DNA from: Scenedesmus sp. PABB004
Lineage: Eukaryota
Direction of reading: 5' to 3'
Assembly: GCA_014905635.1 (NCBI GenBank)
Contig: JABVCE010000004.1
Span: 1,550,001 to 1,614,000 of the forward strand
DNA length: 64,000 bases
Below, one piece after another: positions 46,251 through 56,900 of the stretch; the stretch's first letter is position 1; each line of letters starts with the position of its first letter. Below the pieces are notes generated by a model. The model was not told the DNA's origin and did not search any database. It saw only the letters and a program-made list of their open reading frames with translations. The translations under genes were made by a program, and so were the position numbers.

Positions 46251-49200
46251 TCAGTACGGCCCCGGGCCGTTGTGCGCAGCGAGCGCCACGATGAGGGCCG
46301 CGCGGCTGGCGCGCGCGGCGCCGCGCACGCCGAACATCATCGCCGCCTCGCGCAGCTCCTCGGTGGGGTACGGCGCCGCCTCGGCCTCGTTGCGCGGCAT
46401 GCGGGGAACGAGCGCAAAGCCGGCGCCCGACATGGCCTGCATCAGCGACGCCTGGATGCGCTGCCCGAGCGTGGGGCCGCGCTCCGCCGCGGGCAGCGGC
46501 GCCGGCGGCGGCGCGCGCGACCCGGCGCGGCCGCGGCCGCCGCCCGCCGCGCGGGGCGTGGCCGCCGCCGCGGCCGGCGCGGCGGCCGGCTTGTTGGACG
46601 CGTCGGGCGCGTCGGGTGCGTCAGGCGTGTCGGCGCCGGCGCGCACGCGCGCGCACGCCTCCTTGTGGCCGGACCGCCAGTGCACGCGCTGGCAGTCCCT
46701 GCGGCGGGCCGGCGGGGCGGCGGGGCGGCGGTGGCCAGCCGCGCCGCGCGCGCAGCAAGTCTGCCGCGCTGCGTGCGCCGCGCCGCGCCGCGCCGCACTC
46801 ACTCGGAGCAGTAGCGCGCGCCCCGGCACGCGCTGCAGCGGCGCCGCGCCACGGGCGCCGCCTCGCTCATGCCCGCGAGGGTGGCGCAGCGGGGGTTGGC
46901 GCACCACGCGAGCGCCGAGAGGGGGAATGCGTTGCCGAGCTCGGCCCCGAGCGCCATGGCCGGCGCCGCCAGGTGGCCGACGCCGCGGCGGAAGCAGTCG
47001 CACGTGAGCCCGGCGACGGGGCCGCGAACCTCGCGGCTACGCGTGTCAAACCAGGTCGTCTCGTCCAGCACGGCCCCCTCGCCGCGCAGCACCGCGGCCC
47101 AGTGCGGCCAGCGCGCGATCTGCTCCGCGGCGCCGCGCAGGCGCGCGCCCTCGGCGCCCGCGGCGCCGCGCTCGCCGGGCGGGCGCACGCAACGCAGCAT
47201 TGTGGCCAGCCACTGCGCCACCGCGCGCAGCAGCGGGGACAGGGTGCCGATGCCCTGCTGCACCACGGACATGCTGCGCCCGCGGGCGTGCTGGTGCGAG
47301 CCCTTGCCCATCTCATCCATAGCCGCCGCCTCCTCCGCCGTGCACACCGCCGCGAGCCCGACGCCCGCCACGCACAGCGCGCGCCCGAGCGCCGCCGCCC
47401 ACGCCATGCGCTGGCCGGGGCGGCGCGGCGCGTCGGCGCCGCCGCCGTCTGGCTCCGGGGCCGTGATGATGAGCGCAGCGAGCGCCGCCCGGGCCACGGC
47501 GAGCGTGTCCCACGCCGGCGTGTCGGGGCGGGCCTGCCGGGTCTTGAGCGCCGTGACCACCAGTCCACACAGCGCGCCCGCCGCGGCCAGCTCGGCCGCG
47601 ACTGCCCCGCGCAGCAGCGCCGCGAGGCGCTCCGCGTCGGGGGGCGGCCCCGGGACCGGGGCGCCTGGATGCCCCGATAGTTTGTCGTGACCTGCGCCGC
47701 CGTCGCGGCCTGCGGCGGCGCGACGTGCTCCAGCAGCCCGGCCGCGAGGTCCACCAGCCCGCCCGCGGGCAGCAGCGCCGCCGGCGCGGCGGCGGCCACC
47801 CGAATGATGCACTCGAACAGCATCATCGCCCCGGCGAGCTGCCCCGCCGCCGCGGCGTCGCACTCGGCGCTGCCGCGCTCTGCGTGCCGCCGCGACAGGC
47901 GGCGGGCGGCCGCGTGAGCTGCGGGGCCGCGGCGCGCCACGCAGCCCGCAGCACGCAGCCCGCCGCGCGCGCGACACACCTGCCGCCCAGCTGTGCAGCG
48001 CGCCGATGCCGCCCGGCCAGTCGACCTCCCATGCCTCGTACTCCCCGCCCTTGAGTGCGTCCAGCAGGCGGAGCAGCTGCATCGCGGTGGCGCGGCACGC
48101 CTCGGGCGCGTCCGCGTTGCGCGCGCGCAGCACCGCCGCCGCCGCCGGCGCGACGCGCGCGATCACGGCGTGGCCGAGCACGCGCCGCACGCGCGTTGCG
48201 CGGGCCTCCTCTGCGCTCGGCTGCTCGCTCGACTTTCGGAACTCAGCGGCCGGCGGCGCCGCCGCCACTGCCAGGCCGGGCGCCAGCGCCGCAAAGCCGT
48301 GCAGCACGCCCAGGTCCGGCGCCAGGTCCAGCGCCGCGATCAGCGCAAGCAGCAGCGCATCGGGCGCGGCCGCCGTCAGGCACAGCTGCGTGGCGACGCC
48401 GGCGGCTGCCTCGGGCTCGCCGGCGGCCGCGCCGGATGCCCCAGCCTCGGCGTTGGGCGCGGCGGCCTCCAAGGCGCCCGCCGGCGCGTCCGCCGGCGCG
48501 CCCAGGGGCAGCAGCGCGAGCAGCGCGTCCTGCCCCGCGATGATGGCCGCCTTGAAGCCCTGCGCCTGCGGCAGAGACTGCACCCACGGCGCGCCCGGGT
48601 CCAGGCGCGGCAGGCCCGCAGCCGCCACGAGGCTGGCGTGCGGCCCGAGCGGCGCCGGCGCGCCCGGTCCGGGCGGCGGGTGCTCCCCACCAGCCCCACC
48701 GCCGCCGCGACGTGCGCGAGCAGCAGCCGCTCGGCACACGCCCGCGGCGCGCCTGCCAGCGTCGGCGCGGCGGCGCGGCCGGGCGGGCTTGCGAGCTGGT
48801 CCGCCAGCGCCGCCGCGACGCGCAGGGCCGGGGGCAGCGCGGCGCGCGCCAGAGCCTCCAGGGCACCGTCCTCCTCCTCCTCCTCCTCCTCCTCCTCCTC
48901 CTCACAGCCGCCGCCGCCGCCGGCGCACGGCGCCGTTGCCTGCAGCAGCGCGCCGGCAAGCTCGAGCGCTGGCAGCGCGCCGCCGCCCGGCGGCGGCAAC
49001 CCGGCGGTGAGCGCCAGCCACGGCGCCAGGAGCGCCGCCGACGCCTGGGCCAGGGCGAGCCGCTGGAAGCCGTCCTGCCGCGCCGTGCCGAGCAGCGCGC
49101 GCGCGAGCTCCGCCGCGCAACTGGCCAGGCGCGCGAGCAGCGCCGCTGCAAGGGGGGCGGCGGCAGCGGGCGGGCGCAGGTCAGGGCGCGGTGCTGGGCT

Positions 49201-49558
49201 GGCGCCGTGCTGCGCGGGACACAGCGTGGCGGCCGCGCGCGAGTCGGCGCCCACCGTCTGGCTCTGCTGCGCCCGAAACGGCCCGGCAGCGCTCTATCAC
49301 GCGGTGCCAGGCCTGAAGGAACGCGGTGGTAACAGCCACGCCTCCGGGTGAATCGCCGAGACGCCGCGTGCTCGCCTGGAGCGCGCCGACAGCAGCGGAG
49401 CCGGCGGCGGCCCATGCGGCCCCGCCGTCCGCCAGCGCCGCCTCGAGGCCCACATCGTCCGTCAGCGCAGCGGCGTCCGTGCCGTGGCGCGCCCAGCTGG
49501 CCAGATCATCGCCCGCGGCCGCGAGCGCGCGCAGGAGCCATGTGGCGGCGGCCGCCAT
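46251..49558 (-). CDS. Ala-rich protein with C-terminal MYND zinc finger
   Basis: CANPRCATLAGMSE...CSACRGARYCS|..CQRVHWRSGHKEAC. The N-terminal exon structure is uncertain and there is an apparent frameshift at 48685-48688. Confidence 0.7.
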
Positions 49559-49717
49559 TGCTGCGCTCGGCGCGCGGCGCCCAGATCACGAACAAGCCGG
49601 ATCACTGTGGCGCGGACGGCGCGCGGCGCATCCGCCACGGCGCGGCTGCCGGCGCGGGGTTCAGAGCTGAAACGCCGTTTCGAACACGCGGCGCGCGCGC
49701 TCGGCACCCCGCGTTCC

Positions 49718-51154
49718 TCACCGCCGCCGCCAGCGCCGCGCAAACGTGGCCGACAGCGCTGCCGCCGCCTGCACCGCCACGGGCGGCCGGCGCCTGGCCG
49801 ACGGCGCGGGCGCGGCGCGCGCAGCGCGTGCGGCGCGCGCGGCCTCGCGGCGGCGCCGCCGCTCGGGCGCCCACTCGTCGTCGCTGTCGCCGAGCCGCGC
49901 GCCCGCCTCCACCACGTCTTCATCCGCCTCCTCCTCCTCCGCCGGCCCCTCCTCCGCCCCCTCCGCCTCCTCCTCCTCCTGCTCGCTCACCTCGACCGAC
50001 GCGCGCGCCGCGCGCGCCGCGCCCGCCGCGCCGGCGAGGCCGCCGTCAGACGTCGCGGGGCTGCCGGCGCCGGCGCCGACAAAGGCGCTGCCGGCGCTGA
50101 CAAAGGCGTCGCGCAGGCGCGCGAGCGGGTCCTGCGGGCGCCGCGGGGCGGGCCCGGCCGGTCAGCGCTCGGGGCGGCGGCGCAGGCGGCGGCGGCGCGG
50201 AGCTGTGCCCGTGGGCGCACCGGGTTGTGCCCGAAGTCGCGCGCGCGCTTGCCGCCGACGGCGACGCCCTTGGCGCCGCCGCCCGCGCTCGCGGCGCGGC
50301 TCGCGGCGCGCCCGCGGCCCGCCCAGAGCTCCTCCAGCATGCCCAGCAGCGCCGCCTGCTGCTCCGGGTCGCGGATGTCGACCTGCGCGCGCGCGGGGCG
50401 GCGGCGCACGCGCACGCGCACGAGCCGCGTCGCGGGGCAGCGCGCGGCCGGCGGCGGCGCGCGGCCTCTCGCTCCCACGCCCGCGCGCGGCGGCGGCGGC
50501 GCGCCTTGCGGAAGAAGAGCGCGCAGCGCTCCACGCTCGTGCGCAGGCACTCGCGGAGGGAGTAGAGCTTGAAGTACTGCTCCCCCGTGTGGACCTTCTC
50601 AACCTGGGCGGACCAGGGGTTAACGGGTACAGGGTTTTAGGAGGGGGGGGGGGGTCACCGCGGCGTGGGCGCCGGCGGCGGCGGCATTCGGCGGCGGCGG
50701 CGCGAGCCGGGCGCGGCGCGGCGCGGCGTGCGGCGCCGGCGGTCACCTGGCACTGCACCATCTCGTCCGTGTTGGTCCACGTCACGGGGTGGGGGCTGGT
50801 GACCGCGGGGAAGAGCACGAGCGTGGGGTAGGAGTTGAGCAGGCTGCCGGGCGGGTAGTCCATGCCGCGCCGCACCTGCGCGCGCGCCGGGCGGGCCGCG
50901 GCGGGGCACGCGCGCGTGTGGAGCTCAATGAGCGCGTGCAGCGCGTGCGTGCGCCAGCGCTGCGCCCGCGCCGCAGCGCGGGCCGTGGCGGCCGCGCCGC
51001 CGGCGCGCCCCGGGGCGGTCACCTCGACGCGCGTGATGGCGCGCACGCAGCCTGCCGCGCGCAGCGCCGTGATCAGGATGAACTCGTCGGGCGCCATGCC
51101 CGCCGACACGCTGTTGCACGCGCGGTGGATCACGCGCCCGATCTGGCAGCCGGC

Positions 51155-51194
<40 letters not shown>

Positions 51195-53335
51195 GTGGGC
51201 GGGCAGGCGGCGGGCGTGCGGGGGCCGCGGCCCCGCGCTTGCACGCACCACGCTGATTTCGGTCGCGAGCGCCACGAGCGCGGCGGCGTGGTCGCGGCAG
51301 AGCACCATCCACTGGTGGTGGAACGTCAGCGCGCGCGCCCACTCCTGCGCCTCGGCGCCCGCGAGCCCCGTGTCGCTCTCGAGCTGCTCCAGCGCGGCGA
51401 CCTTGAGCGCGCGGCCCTCGCGCTCGGGGAACTGGTACGACCCAAACAGCGACACGCCCGGCAGCAGCAGCCCGGGCCTGCGCCGCACACGCGTGCGCGC
51501 CGCGGGCGGCAGGGCGTCAACGGGGGCGCGAGCAGGGCGTCGACCGGCGCCGCGCGGCGCTGGCGGCGGCGGCGGCGGCGGCGGCCGGCCGCGCCCCGGG
51601 CCCGCGCGCGGCGCATTCGCGCGGCGGCGCGGCCTCACGTGAGGGTCTGCAGCGGGATGTCGTGGCCGCTCGCGAGCGCGATGTGCTCCACGTTGGGGCA
51701 GCGCGCCAGTATCTCTGCCATGCTCTCCAGCTGCGCGCTCACGAGGCTGATGTCGCCCCAGCCCGCGTTGATGCTCGTGGCCAGGCGCGACCGCGCGATC
51801 GCGGCCGCGCCGGGCGTGTCGGGCGCCACCTCGACGCCCGCCTGGCGGCGCGCGCGGCCGAGCAGTGCATGAGCGCGCGGGCGCGCGCCGCGCGCCGCCG
51901 CGCAGCCGCCGCGCGCGCGCGCCCGCGCCCGCCCGGTAGCGCCGCCGCCGCGGCGTCACCTTCATATGCACCATGAGCGCCACCTCGCCCGGCGGGTGCA
52001 CCGCCTGCCAGCGCTCCCACGCGGCGTGGTTGGGCCAGCCCGCGCCGTGGGTCATCACGAGCACCGCGACCTTGGCGCGGCACAGCTCGGGCGACGGCGG
52101 CGAGTACTTGCCCTCGCTCCGCGCGAGCTGCTCGCCCGTGCGCGCCACCATCGACGCCAGCACAGACTGGAGCGCGGGACGGCGCAGGGCGGCGGCGCGG
52201 GGCGGGGCGGCGCGGGGCGGGTCGGCGCGGGCCACCGGCCGCGCCGGCCGGCGGCGCGCGGCGTCCGCGCGGCGCGCCCGCGCCGCGCCCGCCCCGGCGC
52301 ACCTGGCTCCAGTTCAGCTCGTCGGGCGAGGCCTTGGGCTGCCACACGCGCGGCTTCCTGGGCGGCCGCGGCAGCAGCGGCGGCAGCACCGACGCGGCGC
52401 AGGCGCTGCCCGGCGGCCAAGCGCCGCCGGCCGGCGCGCCGGCGCGCCGCGCGCCCCTGAGCGCCTGCTGCTGCGCGTGCAGCTCCGCCTTGCGCCGGTG
52501 CTCCTGCTCCTCAGCCGCCACCGAGCGCAGCTGCTGCCAGCAGGCCGACTGCATGCACCCGCCGGAGCGCGCGACCGCGCGCGCCGCCGCGGGCGACGCC
52601 AGCACAGTCAGCAGCTGCTGCGAGCCGCACGGCCCGCCCGCGGCCGCCGCCGCCCCGTACGCCAGCAGCAGCGGCAGGCGCAGCGGGTCGACCGCGCTCC
52701 ACACGACCGGCCCGCCCTCGCGCCACCAGCCGTGCGGCGGGGCGCCGCCGCCGGGGGGCGCCGCCGCCAGCTGCTGCTCCGGCGCCGCCGCCGCCTGCTG
52801 CCCTGGCGCCGGCTGCTGGCTCTGCGGCAGCGCCTGCTCCCGCTGCTGCCGCTCCGGCGAGGGCCGCTGCCGCTCCAGCTCGTCCGGCGCCGCGCCGCCC
52901 TCGGTCTGCAGCAGGGCCGGCTGCGCCTGCTGCTCCTCGCGCTGCGCCGCCGGCGGCGCGGCGCCCCCTGCGGCGACCGCGCGCCCTGCGCGGGGGCGCG
53001 GCCGCCGCGTCCTGGTCGGGGCGCGCCCGGGCGTCGGGCGCGGCGCCATGCGGCGCCGACGCCTCGGCCTCCACGGGCGGCGGCGGCGCCGCCGCAGCGC
53101 ACGCGCCGTACTGTTGCTGCTGCGGAGCTTGCGGCTGCTGCAGCAGCTGCTGCTGCTGCTGGTGCTGCTGCTGCGGCTGTTTGGGCGCGGGCGGCGGCAG
53201 CTGCGACGACTGCCGCTGCTGCTGCTGCTGCTGCGGCGCGGCGCACTGCAGCGCGGCCACGCCGTTCTGGCCCTGCCATGCGGCCATCATGCCGCCCTGC
53301 GACTCTCCTAGCAGGGGCGACGCCACGGTCGTCAT
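49718..53335 (-). CDS. Core-2/I-branching (GT14/DUF266-like) glycosyltransferase domain protein with Q-rich N-terminus
   Basis: KVAVLVMTHG...WERW...VHMK...AGWGDISLVSA...ALASGHDIPL...HHQWMVLCRDHA...APDEF...PHPVTW. Terminal exons are tentative. Confidence 0.65.
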
Positions 53336-53986
53336 GGCGCGCCCCCCGCCGCCGCTGCTGCCCGGCCGCCGCCGCTGCTGCGCGCCGTCGCCGCGCCGCG
53401 CCGGCTCAGCCCCGCTGGCCACCCACGCGCTGCAGGGCCGTGGCCGCTGGCCCAGGAGGTCGCCGCCGGTGAGGCCCGAGCCCGCGCGCTCGGGGCGCTG
53501 CGCGGCTCCCCGGGCTGCTGCTGCTGCTCCGGCGGGCGCGGCAGCCGCTCCGCCTCCTCGTGCCGCGCAGGGAGCGCCGGTGTGACGGGCGCGTGCGGTC
53601 GCCCCCGATCGGGCGCGGGCTCTGCGCTGCTGCGGCGGCGCGCGTTTGAAGCGGAGCTGCTCGCCGCAGCAGGCCGCAGCAGCGGCGCGCGCGGGCGTGC
53701 CGTCGCGTGTGACTGACTGAGTGGTCCAAGCGCACCGCCGGGCGTGGTGAGGGCGGAGCGCGAGGTTCAGTGCGGCGCCCCGCCCCGCCCCGCCGCCGCC
53801 GCCGCCGCTGCCGCCACGCCGCCGCTGCCGCCGCCGCCCGAGTTTACTTGTGCCACCCGATTCCCCGCACGCGTCTCCCCGTCAACGATTCCGCCCGCGC
53901 CGCCAGGCGGCGGCGCGCGCCCGGCGCCCCCGCAGTGCAGTGCGCGCGCGCCCCGTCACTGGTCGTCGTCAGAAGCTCAGGCCGGC

Positions 53987-56900
53987 TCAGGTCGGGCGCG
54001 GCTCCACGAACACGGCCGCGAGGCGCGGCGACACGTGCAGGCGGCGCTTGTCGTTGTCGGCGGCGCAGAGCTGCACCATGCGGTCGTCCTGCAGCGCGGC
54101 GAGCGCGGGGTGGAGCTTGAACCAGTTGCTGCCCTCGGGGTACTCAAACTCAAACGGCTCCGGCCGCGCGTTGAATACGACCAGGCACTGCGCGGTGAGC
54201 GGCGTGGCGCGGTGAGCGGTGTGTGGCGCGGCGGCGCGGCGCGGCGCGACGGGCGGCGCTGTCGGCCAGCCAGCGCCGTCGCGGGCGCGCGGGCGCGCGG
54301 CGCGCGGGCGCGGGCGCGGAGCAGGGGTTTCAGGGTTCGCCGGCGGCGCACCTGCTTGAAGTTCTGGTCCCACGTGCCGTGGTCGGGCTGCCAGCTCGAG
54401 TGCAGCTGCATCACGATCACGCCCGGCTTCTGCTGCGGGCCGGTGTTGTGGAAGCGGAGCTGCTGCTTGATGTGCTCCGCCGTCGGCATGCGGAAGAGCG
54501 GCGACGAGTAGCTGCGCGCGGCACGGCGGCCGGCGGCGGCGCGGCGAGCGGTCGGCGGGCGGCGCTGGGCGGCGCTGGGCGGCGCTGGGCGGCGCTGGGC
54601 GGCGCTGGGCGCGGCCGGCGCGGCGGGGCGCCGCCGCACGCACCGCACGCGCAGCAGGGCGCGGATGTAGGCCGACTGGCGCGCGATCATGGCGGGCGTG
54701 GGCTTGAGCCGGCCCGCCTGCGCGAGCAGCGGGCGCTTGAGCGGCCACGCGCCGCCGTTCTTGGAGCTCGGCGGCAGCCCGACGCCAAAGTTGTTGTCCT
54801 GGCCCGTCCAGTCGATGCGGTTGAACCAGTCGCCTGGCGCCACGTGCGGCGCGGCGACAGCGGCGACACCGGCGGCGACAGGGCAGCGCTGAGCCGCGTG
54901 CACGCACGGCGGCGCGGGCCCGGGGGCGCTGCACGGCGCCGCCGCGCGGGGCGCCGCGCGGGGCGCGGGCGCGCACCCGAGTTGTAGGAGTCGCGGTCGA
55001 GCGACTTGGAGCGCAGCAGGTCGTCGCCGGCGTGCATGAAGGGCACGCCCTGGCTCAGCAGCACGAGCGCGAGGCACAGCCCCGACACGCGCGCGCGGCC
55101 GTCGGCGTCGACGTGCGGGCCGAGCTTCATCATCACCTGTGGTGAGGGCACACAGGCGCGGGTGGGCGGGCGGCAGGCAGCGCGCGCGCGCGCGCAACCC
55201 CCCGCTGCCCACTGCCCGCGGCGCCGCCGCAGCGCGCCGGCGCCGCCGTCGCGGCGCTGCGCGCGCCTGGTCAAAGATGGTCTCGTTGTCGTGGCAGCCG
55301 TTGAAGACCACGTTCTCGGCCGGGTCGCACCCGTACGCGAGCGGCTGGTTGGCCTGGTACGTGTCGTGCTGCCCCGCGAGCAGCCGGCCGTCGGCGACCT
55401 GCGCCTCAAAGTCCCTGCGGCGCGGCGCGGCGCGGCGCGGCGCCGCTCAGCGCGGGCGCGCGGGCGCGCGCAGACGCGCGGACACGCGGCGGCGCCGCCG
55501 CGGCACGGCCGGCGGGGCGCGGGTCCGACTCACTTGAGGTTGCCGGCGAGCGCGAAGCGCACCCAGTCGGTGCGGTGCAGCAGCGTGGCGAGCTGCTCCT
55601 GCGCGCTGCCCTGGTGGTGCGCGCCGTTGGGGTCGACGGCGAGGCCGGTCGCAAAGCCCTGCGTGTCGAGCGGCGAGAACGGGCCGCCGCCCATCGCGCC
55701 GTCGCGCATCCTGCGGCGCGCGACGCGGCACGGAGCGGGCGTGTGTGTGTGGGGGGGGGGGGGGCGTGGGCGGGCGGCGGCAGCGGCGGCGGCGCGCACC
55801 GGTCATTGAAGGCTCCGATGCGGCTGCCGCCGAGGTTGTGCTGGCTCGCGTTGCGGCCGCGCTGGTTGAGCGCGACCTCGCCAAAGTCCCACGCCTCGCC
55901 GTAGCTGCGGCGCGCGCGCGAGGGAGAGACGCGGCGGCGGCGGCGGTGCGCGGCGCGCGGCGCGCGGGGCGCGCGCGGCGCGCGGACCGCCGTCCCGCGC
56001 CGGGCGCCCGGGCGCCCCGCGGCGCGCGGCGCACATGTAGATGTGGCGCCCGTCGACGCCGTCGCGCTCGGGCGTGAGCGCGTTGAGCGCGTTGCGCACG
56101 GCGGTGAGGTTTGTGATGAAGTGGTGGCCCATGATGTCAAAGCGGAAGCCGTCGACCTTGTACGTGCGCACCCAGTGCACCAGGTCCTCGACCATGAGCC
56201 GCTCAAACATGCGGTGCTCGCTCGCGGTGTTGTTGCAGCACGTGCTGCGCGCGGGGCGCGGCGCGGCGCGTTGCGGCGCGTCAGCGCCGCCGCGTCCCGC
56301 GCCGCCGCGCCCCTCGCGCAAGCCGCGCCCCGCCGCCGCGCCGCCGCCGCGCCGCCGCCGCGCCGCGCCGCGGGGGTCACGCCTGTGGCACATCTCTCCG
56401 TCCTCCTGGCGGCGGTGGTAGTAGCCGGGGACGATCTTGTCGAGCACGCTGTGGTGGCTGTACGGCCCCGCCGCGTAGGTGTGGTTGTACACCACGTCCA
56501 GCACGACGCGCAGCCCGAGCGCGTGCAGGCTCTGCACCATCTCGCGGAACTCGAGCACGCGCAGCGGGCCATCGGGCGAGACGGAGTAGCTGCCCTCGGG
56601 CACGCCGTAGTGCACGGGGTCGTACCTGGGCGGCGCGGCGCGGCGCGCGGGCGGGGATGGGGAGGGTGAGGGTGAGGGCTGTCGGCGGGCTGCGGGCGCG
56701 GTACGGGAGCCAGCGGGCCCCCGCGGCACACAGCAGCACACAGCGCGGCGTGCGGCGGCGGCGGCGTGGCGGCGGCGCGCGGCGCGCGCACCCCCAGTTG
56801 TAGGCGTCGTGGTCGGCGACCGCGAGCACGCGCTGCTGCTGGTAGTCGCTGTCGGGCGGGTGGTGGGAGAGGTCCTCCTGCGCGTCCCACGCGTGCGGCG

